From: Nostoc punctiforme PCC 73102
Lineage (GTDB): Bacteria > Cyanobacteriota > Cyanobacteriia > Cyanobacteriales > Nostocaceae
Assembly (NCBI RefSeq): GCF_000020025.1
Contig: NC_010628.1
Span: 6,570,001-6,602,000 of the forward strand
Direction: 5' to 3'
Length of the DNA stretch: 32,000 nt
Position numbers and translations under genes: made by a program. Of this stretch, positions 17,445 to 26,248 are shown one piece after another (position 1 is the first letter of the stretch; the number at the start of each line of letters is the position of its first letter). The notes below the pieces were generated by a model. The model was not told the origin of the DNA. It made no database searches and saw only the letters and a program-made list of their open reading frames with translations.

Positions 17445-18467
17445 CTATTTCCAGCCTTTTTCTGTGCCGACGTTATCTTTTGTGATCAGCTTTACTGGAA
17501 TTAAAATGGTGGGATTAGTAGGTTTTTTCCCATTCAAAATGTCGTTTCCAACCTGAACTGCTTTTTCGGCCATCCCTCGCGGATTTTGAGTAGCGGTTGC
17601 AGCATATATACTATCTTTAGCTGCGATCGCAGTGATTGCTTCTGGCGCACCATCAACCCCGACAATAAAAAAATCTTTACGTTGTGCTTGGTTAGCTGCT
17701 AGTTCTGCACCAACTCCACTCGGATCGTTGATGGCAAAAACTGCATCAATTTTTGGGAAGGTGGTGAGCAAATCAGTCATAACTCTCAGTCCTCCATCCC
17801 TGCTACCTTCTGCATTCTGGTTTTTGGAGAGGATTTTGATATCGGGATATTTGGACAGTACACTCTCGCAGCCACTAACTCGTTGAATCACCGAGTCTAC
17901 TGGTGGGCCATTAACTATTACTACATTGCCTTTACCTTTGAGGCGATCGGCAATATATTTACAACTAACTTCTCCAGCTTGGACATTATTAGTAGTGATG
18001 GTGGCATCCACGCCTCCCTCAGCACCAGTATCTACCGCAATGACAATTCTACCCGCTTGTTTCGCTTTTTCAATCGCTGGTTTAATGCCACTTTTATCAG
18101 CAGCATTGACGATAATAATGTCAGTATTGGAAGCAGTGAAATTTTCAATTTGATTGGATTGTTGATTCAGATCGTAAGCACTGGAAACTACAGTTACATT
18201 GACATTATTACCCCCAATTTTCTTGGCTTCTGCCTCAGTTGCTTGTCCCATGAGAACGAAGAAAGGGTTACTTAAATCGCCAACTGTGAAGGCAACGGAT
18301 CGTAACTTTGAATTCCCAGTGGCAGTTTTTGTTTCTGCACTAGTATTTGTAACGGGTTTTGTATCGGGGTTAGTAGCACTGTTGTTATCGGGAGAAGCAT
18401 TTGTACAGCCGACAACTCCACCACTGATGATACCTAGTATGCTAGCTGCGATCGCAATTCTTTTCAT
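17445..18467 (-). CDS. Sugar ABC transporter substrate-binding lipoprotein (type I periplasmic binding protein, RbsB/FrtA-like), paralogue 1
   Basis: 340-aa ORF. Lipobox GGVVGC. Collinear with and highly similar to the adjacent 331-aa paralogue. Confidence 0.88.
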   Translation of the reverse strand: MKRIAIAASILGIISGGVVGCTNASPDNNSATNPDTKPVTNTSAETKTATGNSKLRSVAFTVGDLSNPFFVLMGQATEAEAKKIGGNNVNVTVVSSAYDLNQQSNQIENFTASNTDIIIVNAADKSGIKPAIEKAKQAGRIVIAVDTGAEGGVDATITTNNVQAGEVSCKYIADRLKGKGNVVIVNGPPVDSVIQRVSGCESVLSKYPDIKILSKNQNAEGSRDGGLRVMTDLLTTFPKIDAVFAINDPSGVGAELAANQAQRKDFFIVGVDGAPEAITAIAAKDSIYAATATQNPRGMAEKAVQVGNDILNGKKPTNPTILIPVKLITKDNVGTEKGWK

Positions 18468-18505
18468 CTTTATCTATTTCCTAAAGTTAATTAAATTTTT
18501 CTTAT

Positions 18506-19501
18506 TTACCAGCCTTTGTAGCTGCTGAGGTTATCTCTAGTAACCAAGTTGACTGGAATCAGAATGTCAGGTGACTCAGGTTTGTTACCCTGGATGATAT
18601 CGTTGCCAATCTGAACCGCTTTTTCAGCCATCCCTGCGGGATTTTGAGCCGCAGTTGCAGCAAATACACCATCTTTGTCTTCCATTGCTTTGGTTGCATC
18701 TGGCGAACCGTCAACCCCAACAATAAAAAATTCTTTGCGTTTTGCTTGTCTTGCGGCTAAGTCTGCACCTACACCGCTTTGATCGTTCGTGGCAAAAACG
18801 GCATCTATTTTGGGAAAGGTTGTAAGTAAATCACTCATTACTCTCAAACCTCCATCCCTTGTCCCTTCAGCGTTTTGGTCTTTAGAGATGAGTTTGATAT
18901 CAGGATATTTGGCTAATGACTTTTCACAACCACTGACTCGCTGATTGATTGAATCCATCGGCGTACCGTTGAGGATGACTACACTACCTTGACCTTTGAT
19001 GCGATCGGCAATATATTGACAAGCAACTTCACCAGCTTGGGTATTGTTGGAGCTAATCATTGCATCTACGTCTGCATCAACGGCTGAATCTACGGCAATG
19101 ACAATCTTACCTGCCAGCCTTGCTTGGTCAATTACTGGCTTAACTCCTTTTTTATCAACAGCGCTGAGGATAATTAAATCAGTATTTGCAGCAGTAAAAT
19201 TTTCGATTTGGTTGCTTTGTTGGTTCAAATCAAAGCCACTGGAAACCGCATTAACTCTAATATTACCGCCAATTCTCTTAGCTTCTATCTCCGCACCCTT
19301 TTGCACTGCATTATAAAAAGGGTTTCCCAAGTCACCCAAGGCGACACCGATTGTTTGTAATTTTCTACTTGGACTATTAACTGTAGTCTCTAAACTAGTG
19401 TTGGTAGCAGTATTAGTAACAGAATTGTTATTTTGAGCGCTATTTGTGCAACCAACAACAGTCAAACTTAATATGCCAACTATGAGCGAAAGTGTCTTCA
19501 T
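18506..19501 (-). CDS. Sugar ABC transporter substrate-binding lipoprotein, paralogue 2
   Basis: 331-aa ORF. Lipobox LTVVGC. It shares blocks with paralogue 1 (NQQSNQIENFTA.NTD, QAGEV.C.YIADR.KG.G.VVI.NG.P.DS..QRVSGCE, YPDIK..SK.QNAEG.RDGGLRVM.DLLTTFPKIDAVFA.ND). Confidence 0.88.
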   Translation of the reverse strand: MKTLSLIVGILSLTVVGCTNSAQNNNSVTNTATNTSLETTVNSPSRKLQTIGVALGDLGNPFYNAVQKGAEIEAKRIGGNIRVNAVSSGFDLNQQSNQIENFTAANTDLIILSAVDKKGVKPVIDQARLAGKIVIAVDSAVDADVDAMISSNNTQAGEVACQYIADRIKGQGSVVILNGTPMDSINQRVSGCEKSLAKYPDIKLISKDQNAEGTRDGGLRVMSDLLTTFPKIDAVFATNDQSGVGADLAARQAKRKEFFIVGVDGSPDATKAMEDKDGVFAATAAQNPAGMAEKAVQIGNDIIQGNKPESPDILIPVNLVTRDNLSSYKGW

Positions 19502-20057
19502 CTTTGTCTGTTTTTAACAACGGATTTAAATTTGATAAAGGTCAAAAAAATATTAAATATGTCTCAGAAGTTAGACTCGATCTAATATTCCTACAGGCTT
19601 TGGCATTTTCAACTATTATTTAACATCTTGTAACTGATGTGATGTGAGTTACTGCTATTAAGTCCATTACACTTGATAGATGTTTTATTTTTAAAGCAAA
19701 GCTATGACGGCTACACTACGTCGTGAAATTTATTTTTTAGTGAAAATGCTTTTTTAATATGCCTGGAATGAAACTACCTTTTCAGCCAAATTTCTAGAAA
19801 AGGATATTATTAAACTTGAGAATTTATGCTTATTTTTTATGAGTTAATCCTTCCTTAGTTAAAAAATGAGCTTTATTGATTGAATTTTACAGAACGAAGC
19901 CAGATTTTTAATCTATCTTTAGTTAAAATTCTTGGATTTCTCGTATTTATAAACATTAAGTTTTCTTAAGATAAAATGCACTTAAAAAAACTTAATCTTT
20001 TTAGCTCCAAATATCATAATTTAGCTTGGAGATTGAAGGATGATCAAGTTGAAAAAT

Positions 20058-20954
20058 TTAAAATTTTAACGTTGCGGGTAAATATTTAGCTACTAAATCT
20101 TCGTAGTATGGTCTTAACTTTTGCCAATCGGGAGGAGTAGGATTTTTTGAATACAAATCATAAGGATTGAATAATTTAACCCATTTAAACATTTCGCGAT
20201 CGTGATTATCCATCAAATGCTTATATGCGTTTTCGCGGTGTTGAGGATAAAATGAGTGATAGCGAAGCATATACAATGCAGGTTCAGGTAAATAGTTTTT
20301 CATCATCTGATAAAAATATTCATCGTGACCCCATGAAATATGTACATTAATCAATCCACAATTTGGTTCGTAAATACCATATTTAGTGTTGTAATTGGGA
20401 TTATTGTAATCAGGATTTTCTTGGAAAAATTCTGAAAAAACAATTTTATCAGAGAATGCACAACCTACAGGATAAGTATCACCGACGGTAGCCCATTGAG
20501 GCTCACCAAATAGACAAAGTACCTTCCCCATATCGTGAAAGAAGCCGGTAAGTACCATCCAATCAGGATGACCATCGGCGCGTATGGCTTCTGATGTTTG
20601 CAATAGATGCTGTAACTGATCCATCTCTGTATCGGGATCTGAATCATCTACTAATTGATTCAAAAATTCAACTGCATCCCAAACAGACATTTCTTTTTTA
20701 TCAAACTTGAGAAAATTCTTTTCTTTCTCAAGGACAAAATTATATGTTTGATTAATATGATTTAACCGATAAAATTCTTTTACCGTTTCTCTGGTAGGCG
20801 TTTCATAATTTCTGTACTCTTGAGTAGTTTTACCTTCTTTAACTATGCTATGTGGATCGGGGTAGCGATTAAGTAAGTCTTCTTCCCACTCTTCTAACGA
20901 ATGTAACGGATTGTATTGAGCTTGTTTGATAAAATTCTGGAGAATTTGAGACAT
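20058..20954 (-). CDS. myo-Inositol oxygenase (MIOX family, HD-type di-iron oxygenase)
   Basis: 298-aa ORF, collinear with animal MIOX as I recall it. Motifs: DDSDPD, GFFHDMGKVLCLFGEPQWATVGDTYPVGC, SWGHDEYFYQ, LRYHSFYP, KLRPYYEDL. Confidence 0.9.
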   Translation of the reverse strand: MSQILQNFIKQAQYNPLHSLEEWEEDLLNRYPDPHSIVKEGKTTQEYRNYETPTRETVKEFYRLNHINQTYNFVLEKEKNFLKFDKKEMSVWDAVEFLNQLVDDSDPDTEMDQLQHLLQTSEAIRADGHPDWMVLTGFFHDMGKVLCLFGEPQWATVGDTYPVGCAFSDKIVFSEFFQENPDYNNPNYNTKYGIYEPNCGLINVHISWGHDEYFYQMMKNYLPEPALYMLRYHSFYPQHRENAYKHLMDNHDREMFKWVKLFNPYDLYSKNPTPPDWQKLRPYYEDLVAKYLPATLKF

Positions 20955-21002
20955 ATCTTGTTACTCGTCGATATTGATTTTTTAAATCGGGTTTTCGCAA
21001 CA

Positions 21003-21128
21003 TTATGCACAGGTGTGCAAAACCTGTTTTTGACTTATTTTTATTTTTGCACACGTGTGCAAAACTGTGTGTTAAGTTTCTTTTCTATTTGTACATTTGT
21101 ATACAAAACACTTTGTTAAATATTTTTT
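21003..21128. promoter_or_regulatory. Three phased 42-bp repeat units upstream of the MIOX gene, each with a palindromic operator: TGCACAGGTGTGCA (21006-21019), TGCACACGTGTGCA (21048-21061), and the degenerate TGTACATTTGTATACA (21090-21105)
   Basis: Read directly. The perfect 14-mer recurs at 23379-23392 in front of the LacI-family gene. The central CG is typical of LacI/GalR operators. Confidence 0.6.
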
Positions 21129-21214
21129 ACAATCGACTCGGAGCAGAATTAGCTAAAAGATTGATAAAGTACACGAAATAGAGAACGCAGATTTCAGATT
21201 AAGTACTTATGCTT

Positions 21215-21347
21215 ATAGGAATCTGCTTTGATTTCTGTTCGCGCAGCGTGGCGTAGCCATACTAATTTAGCTTACAAGGCAAAAAGCAAAGCGAAAGAAG
21301 GCTATTTTTGTTGTATTGAGTTTTTTCAAAAATCAAATATTAGTCCT
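21215..21347 (+). repeat. MITE-like dispersed repeat, copy c (approximate ends)
   Basis: ATAGGAATCTGCTTTGATTTCTGTTCGCGCAGCGTGGCGTAGCCATACTA ... GAGTTTTTTCAAAAATCAAATATTAGTCCT. It matches copies a and b. Confidence 0.6.
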
Positions 21348-21600
21348 ATATGTATTGAGCCGAGATACATGTAAAAACCTGCATTCCGAGTCTGGTAATG
21401 CCTGCTCTATCTACGTTGTAACGATTTTGACTCACCATTTTATAAGGCTTTCCGCACACTGGATAAAATTTATACTTTGTGTACACTATTAACTCGCCAC
21501 AGTGAGCGCAATTAGCGCGTAGTTGTGTCCCGCAAAGATAACAATACTTAGCTTGAGCAGTATAATAAATTGTTAGGCCCTGCTGCATCTCTTTTACCAT
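21346..21600 (-). CDS. Small zinc-ribbon-like ORF, possibly a gene remnant
   Basis: 84-aa ORF with CYLCG...CAHCG pairs and a degenerate third pair (FYPVCGKPY). Its 3' end runs into MITE copy c. Its ATG is only 7 bp from the divergent SnoaL-like start. Confidence 0.3.
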   Translation of the reverse strand: MVKEMQQGLTIYYTAQAKYCYLCGTQLRANCAHCGELIVYTKYKFYPVCGKPYKMVSQNRYNVDRAGITRLGMQVFTCISAQYI

Positions 21601-21607
21601 ACCTCTT

Positions 21608-21988
21608 ATGTCAGAGCAACCTGCATCAGAAATCGAACTGCTCCGTGCGGCTTACGCGGCCTTCAACGCGCGAGACATTGACGCGGCCCTTGCCCTCATG
21701 ACTCCGGACGTGGCTTGGCCGAAAGCGTTCAAAGGCGGTTTTGTCCGTGGGACTGAAGAAGTTCGCGCTTACTGGACGGAGCAATGGAGCGAGATCAATC
21801 CGCACGTCGAGCCGGTTTCCTTTTACTCGGAGGAGGCCGGACGCATTTTGGTCGATGTGCATCAGGTCGTGCGTGACTTGGTTGGAGGAGTTCTTGCCGA
21901 TGAACACGTGGGTCATCGATTCACCCTTGAGCAGGGGTTGATTCAAGTCATGGAAGTCTGTCCACTTCCATCGTCCATCCCAAATTGA
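21608..21988 (+). CDS. SnoaL-like / NTF2-fold protein (DUF4440-like)
   Basis: 126-aa ORF. N-terminus IELLRAAYAAFNARDIDAALALMTPDVAW.. is typical of SnoaL-like polyketide-cyclase-fold proteins. GC content is strikingly higher than in the flanks. Confidence 0.7.
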   Translation: MSEQPASEIELLRAAYAAFNARDIDAALALMTPDVAWPKAFKGGFVRGTEEVRAYWTEQWSEINPHVEPVSFYSEEAGRILVDVHQVVRDLVGGVLADEHVGHRFTLEQGLIQVMEVCPLPSSIPN

Positions 21989-22124
21989 CGGTAAACTAAA
22001 ACGGTTGAAAGCATTAATAATATCCCGAATCGCTGCCTCAATTTTCGGCGTACTGAATATGGCGACTCAATGCCCTATAGACAATTCATCTGTTGGATCG
22101 ATTTTTGAATAAATAACGTTATTC

Positions 22125-22228
22125 ACACATTAGACATCTCCGAAAAAGAATGTAGAGACGCAGCAGTGCTACGTCTCTACAAGGTTTCTGTGTAACGCAT
22201 ATTTAATTTCTGGAGATGTCTATTAGTA
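22125..22228. repeat. Nested-hairpin short repeat element (outer arms TAGACATCTCC/GGAGATGTCTA, inner arms GTAGAGACG/CGTCTCTAC)
   Basis: Outer arms at 22131-22141 and 22212-22222. Inner arms at 22152-22160 and 22172-22180. The GTAGAGACG...CGTCTCTAC type resembles Nostoc intergenic repeats. Confidence 0.5.
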
Positions 22229-22270
22229 AAATCTATGTTAAATTTTTTGTCCGCTTGACTTTGAGGAATG

Positions 22271-22594
22271 TTACGTTGTCAATTCTATGGTGGATGAATG
22301 CTTGACAATATTAGCTAACTCTTGAAGTTGTTTTACTGCTTCTGCACCCTCCAACTTCATTAATTCGCGATCGTCCCATAATTCCATCCATGTAATTCCG
22401 TAATCAGACACTACAAAACGGATCAGATGCTTTTCTCGCAGGCTAACCATAAATGAAGCACTCTTCATTTGGTCGCCGCACGTATAACATGAGGCAGAAT
22501 ACCCACGCCGCTCAAGAATAATTGTCAAGGCTTGTAAGTTCATTACCAAGTCTTGAACGAATTCTCGATGTTGTTGCGCTAATCTTAGAAACAC
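22271..22594 (-). CDS. Hypothetical protein
   Basis: 107-aa ORF on the same strand as gntK and downstream of it. I recognised no motif. The start may be the internal MNLQAL. Confidence 0.35.
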   Translation of the reverse strand: MFLRLAQQHREFVQDLVMNLQALTIILERRGYSASCYTCGDQMKSASFMVSLREKHLIRFVVSDYGITWMELWDDRELMKLEGAEAVKQLQELANIVKHSSTIELTT

Positions 22595-22731
22595 TAGTTT
22601 TCTCCTACCACTACTGTGAGGTGGTTCCTTTTAAAACTTCTTTAGACTTACATCCGACGTATTTAGTTGCCAAAAGTTCGTGTTTTCTTAGAGACGTGAT
22701 TAATCTTAATCTTATGGTTTTAACCAATCAG

Positions 22732-23241
22732 CTAAAGTCTCAAAGCCGTTCTAATATTCTGGACAATGATCTGGGGTGGTTGTGCGACATCTATAGATAT
22801 GGTGTCTAATGGTTCTTCAAGAGTATCAAACTGGCTATTGAGAAGTTTTTCGCTCATGTAATGATTGCTACGCTCTTGCAACCGCATTTGAATTAACTCA
22901 TAAGACCCTTTGAGGTAAACTAGCTTAATGCGATCGCTCTTGGCGTTGGTGCAGCGATCGCTATCCGATACCAAAAATTGCCGATAGCTGTCTTTTAAAG
23001 CCGAACACGCCAGCACTACATTTTTATTTTCTTGCAGCCAATGTTTGATGGCTGTTTGCAAATCTTGCAACCAAGGCATCCTGTCAGCTTCAGTCAACGG
23101 GATACCGCGCCGCATTTTATCAACATTCTCTGGTGAGTGGAAACTATCAGCGTCACTAAACTCCCAGCTTAAAGAGTCTGCTAGCAGTTTTCCTATGGTG
23201 GTTTTACCAGAACCAGATACACCCATGACGATAATAATCAT
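22732..23241 (-). CDS. gntK: Gluconokinase (GntK/IdnK family)
   Basis: 169-aa ORF. P-loop GVSGSGKTT. Motifs F.DADSFH, DRMPWL, ACSALK..YR and YLKG are collinear with E. coli GntK. Confidence 0.9.
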   Translation of the reverse strand: MIIIVMGVSGSGKTTIGKLLADSLSWEFSDADSFHSPENVDKMRRGIPLTEADRMPWLQDLQTAIKHWLQENKNVVLACSALKDSYRQFLVSDSDRCTNAKSDRIKLVYLKGSYELIQMRLQERSNHYMSEKLLNSQFDTLEEPLDTISIDVAQPPQIIVQNIRTALRL

Positions 23242-23341
23242 ATTTTTTGAAGAAAAGCTAAGTTATTGAGGTAAAGGACAGGAGGCAGGAAGTAAGACTA
23301 TTGAATTTTTGTATGCAAAATGTGAGTTGTATTAAAATCTC

Positions 23342-23392
23342 TTGACAAATAACCATTATTTTCTATAATACATACAACTGCACACGTGTGCA
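23342..23392 (+). promoter_or_regulatory. Near-consensus sigma-70-type promoter (TTGACA 23342-23347, 16-nt spacer, TATAAT 23364-23369), followed by the operator TGCACACGTGTGCA (23379-23392)
   Basis: Read directly. The operator lies about 10 nt downstream of the -10 element and 25 nt upstream of the regulator ATG. This is the position expected for autorepression. Confidence 0.6.
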
Positions 23393-23416
23393 TTATTTTA
23401 AAATCTAAACTAAAAA

Positions 23417-24445
23417 ATGAATAAACGAAGAATTTCAATTGAAGATATTGCTCGGAGAGCAGGTGTATCTCATTCCACAGTTTCACGTGCTTTGCGGGAT
23501 AATGCTCTCATTAGCCCGAAAGTACGAGAAGAAATTAAGCAACTGGCGCAGGAGATGAACTATGTGCCAAATGCTATAGCTCAAAGTTTGCAAAATAAAC
23601 GTACTAATACCATTGGTGTAGTAGTAACTTCCATTGCAGATCCCTTTTTTGCTGAAGTAGTAGACGGTATTGAACAGATAGCCAGACCAGCCGGATTGAG
23701 TGTTTTGTTAAGTGCTTCACACCGAGATTTGGAGCAGGAAATAGCAGCTATTGATACCTTTCATCGCCGCAGAGTAGACGGAATCTTAGTAGCCGACTCA
23801 CGAATTAGCAAACAACATACAAAGCAACTAACGCAAATTGCTGTGCCAACAGTTCTGATTAACAGCCAGACTGAAGATCAATCCGAAATACTTCACTCAG
23901 TAGCAATAGACGATCGCTTAGGCGCTAGATTAGCAACAGAGCATTTAATAAGTTTGGGACACACCAGCATTGGTTATTTGGGTGTAAGCGATCGCAGCAG
24001 GTCAAACCACCAGCGCCTAGAAGGATATAAAATGGCTCTTGCTGAAGCTGGTTTACCACAAAATCCTGATTGGGTTGCAATTAGTGACGAATATGATACC
24101 AGAATCAGCGATGTCGCCACCGGGCAAAATATGCTATCTAAACTATTGATTGCTGAGGTAACAGGCATCTTTTGTTACAACGATATGGTGGCAGTTGGCG
24201 CTCTTTTAGCTTGCCAAGAACTAGGTATTTTAGTGCCACGAAATTTAAGCCTGGTTGGATTTGATGGTATTGCTTTAGGTAGTTACGTTACACCGGCACT
24301 TACAACAGTCAGCCAGCCGATGTTAGAAATTGGTGGCTATGCCATGCAAATGTTAATCGATTTATTAGCAGACAAAGCTGTGGAAAACCGCGTTTTATCT
24401 CCTTTTCTCGTAGAGCGTGGTAGTAGTGCCAGATTAATAAAGTAA
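23417..24445 (+). CDS. LacI/GalR-family transcriptional regulator
   Basis: 342-aa ORF. N-terminal HTH ISIEDIARRAGVSHSTVSRALRD and YVPNAIAQSLQ. The C-terminal part resembles a periplasmic-binding-protein-like sugar-binding core. Confidence 0.92.
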   Translation: MNKRRISIEDIARRAGVSHSTVSRALRDNALISPKVREEIKQLAQEMNYVPNAIAQSLQNKRTNTIGVVVTSIADPFFAEVVDGIEQIARPAGLSVLLSASHRDLEQEIAAIDTFHRRRVDGILVADSRISKQHTKQLTQIAVPTVLINSQTEDQSEILHSVAIDDRLGARLATEHLISLGHTSIGYLGVSDRSRSNHQRLEGYKMALAEAGLPQNPDWVAISDEYDTRISDVATGQNMLSKLLIAEVTGIFCYNDMVAVGALLACQELGILVPRNLSLVGFDGIALGSYVTPALTTVSQPMLEIGGYAMQMLIDLLADKAVENRVLSPFLVERGSSARLIK

Positions 24446-24596
24446 TTTGAAATCGTGTCTATCTTGAAAACTGTAGTTTTTGTGTAATTAGACTAAACCT
24501 ACAAGAGAAAATGTTTCAAAATGGACAACTCTTTCCTTGTGTGTAAGACAAATTATTTACACTCAGCAACACTAAAAATTTTAACCAAACAAAAAT

Positions 24597-26015
24597 ATGT
24601 TAACTAAAAAACCGGTTTTATCTCCCGATCGCTGCTTTTCTCCAGAACCAGTTCAAAGACGACTAGCTCATCAATTCTTTGACAGCATATCTGCATTACC
24701 TTTGGTCTGCCCACACGGCCACGTAGATCCAGCCCTATTAGCTAATCCAGCAGCCCGTTTTGGTTCACCAACCGAATTATTTATTATCCCTGACCACTAC
24801 ATTTTGCGGATGCTTTATAGTCGGGGCGTTCCTTTGGAAGCTTTAGGCATACCTACTCGTGATGCACCAACAGAAACTGACCATCGGAAAATCTGGCAAT
24901 TGTTCGCCGAACATTTTTATTTATTCCAAGGTACTCCATCTGGGTTGTGGCTCAAAGACGAACTAACTAATGTCTTTGGGGTGGATGAAGCATTAAATTC
25001 TCGTAATGCTGGACGTATCTATGATTATCTAGAAGGTTTATTAGCCTTACCTAAGTTTTCCCCACGTGCTTTATTCAAACGCTTTAACATTGAAGTGCTT
25101 TGTACTACCGATGCAGCCAGTGATAACCTAGAGAATCAGCGATCACTCCACGAAGAAGGTTTCACTCAAATTAGACCGACTTTTCGACCAGATGCAGTAG
25201 TTAACCTAGATGCTCCTGGTTGGCGGGAAAATCTCACCAAATTGGAAAGCAGTATCGGTAGAGAAATTAGCAGTTATGCTACTTTTGTGCAAGCTTTAGA
25301 AGAACGTCGGGCTTTCTTTAAAAAAATGGGTGCAACAGCTACCGATCAAGGTGCAGCTACGCCTTATACCACAAGTCTTTCTGACCAAGAAGCAGAAGCT
25401 ATCTTTGCCAGAGCATTAATCGGCAAACTGAATCCAGGAGATGTAGAGCAGTTTACCGGTCATATTTTCATGGAAATGGCTCGGATGAGTGTAGAAGATG
25501 GTTTGGTGATGCAAATGCATTGTGGTGTTATGCGTAACCATAACCCAGCTCTGTTTGAGAGATTTGGATCTGATAAAGGTGCTGATATTCCCCTCAATAT
25601 AGAATGGACTCGAAATCTGCACCCATTATTGTCATCTTATGGGAACAATCAGCGCTTCCGTTTAATTATTTTTGGTATGGATGAAAGCACTTATAGCCGA
25701 GAGATGGCTCCGCTAGCTGGTCATTATCCTACTATATTGCTCGGGCCGCCTTGGTGGTTTCACGACAGCGTAAATGGCATGGAACGCTACTTCAATCAGG
25801 TAATGGAAACTGCCGGAATTTATAATACTGCTGGGTTCAATGATGATACCCGAGCTTTCGTTTCTATTCCAGCCCGTCATAATGTTTGGCGGCGGGTAGC
25901 TTGTAATTGGTTAGCTGGATTAGTAACACGGGGATTAGTTGACGAAGAGGAAGGGTATGATATGGCCCGCGCTTTAGCTTACGACCTTGCTAAAAGTGCT
26001 TACAAATTAGACTAA
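24597..26015 (+). CDS. uxaC: Glucuronate isomerase (uronate isomerase, UxaC family)
   Basis: 472-aa ORF. Motifs: N-terminal ..LVCPHGHVDP, central MQMHCGVMRNHN, C-terminal LLGPPWWFHDSVNGMERYF ... FNDDTRAFVSIPARH. Confidence 0.85.
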   Translation: MLTKKPVLSPDRCFSPEPVQRRLAHQFFDSISALPLVCPHGHVDPALLANPAARFGSPTELFIIPDHYILRMLYSRGVPLEALGIPTRDAPTETDHRKIWQLFAEHFYLFQGTPSGLWLKDELTNVFGVDEALNSRNAGRIYDYLEGLLALPKFSPRALFKRFNIEVLCTTDAASDNLENQRSLHEEGFTQIRPTFRPDAVVNLDAPGWRENLTKLESSIGREISSYATFVQALEERRAFFKKMGATATDQGAATPYTTSLSDQEAEAIFARALIGKLNPGDVEQFTGHIFMEMARMSVEDGLVMQMHCGVMRNHNPALFERFGSDKGADIPLNIEWTRNLHPLLSSYGNNQRFRLIIFGMDESTYSREMAPLAGHYPTILLGPPWWFHDSVNGMERYFNQVMETAGIYNTAGFNDDTRAFVSIPARHNVWRRVACNWLAGLVTRGLVDEEEGYDMARALAYDLAKSAYKLD

Positions 26016-26084
26016 TACAAATCAAGCTACTAGAATTAGCCCTTTCAAGGTGAATTGGAAAATCTCTTTTTTTCTCTCAGCGCT

Positions 26085-26145
26085 CTCTGTGTCTCTGCGG
26101 TTTAAAAGAAATTTATTTAACCACAGAGGTGTAGAGGACACAGAG
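26085..26145. repeat. Nostoc-type hairpin repeat (CTCTGTGTCTCTGCGGTT ... AACCACAGAGGTGTAGAGGACACAGAG) downstream of uxaC
   Basis: Imperfect inverted repeat, read directly. A single-arm relative (CAGCGTCTCTGCGGTT) occurs near 12985-13000. Confidence 0.5.
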
Positions 26146-26248
26146 TAAAGAGCTTAAACAGGAATTTATCAACCAAAATTTTTACCCACCTTCAAAGGGC
26201 TAGTCCTTATACTGATTTCTTTAATTACGAATTACGAATTGAAATAAG

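Noticed and set aside
10648-19316. Antisense or alternative-frame ORFs inside the porin, glcP, permease, ATPase and binding-protein genes (for example 10648-10983, 14106-14330, 15116-15430, 16555-16800, 17883-18275, 18199-18528 and 19044-19316).
   Set aside because: All are embedded in strongly supported longer genes and have low-complexity shadow-frame composition.
24446-24596. A possible additional LacI-type operator upstream of uxaC (GTGTAA-N10-TTACAC at 24541-24562).
   Set aside because: The arms are only 6 bp long and the spacing and sequence differ from TGCACACGTGTGCA. uxaC is more simply explained as co-transcribed with the regulator gene.
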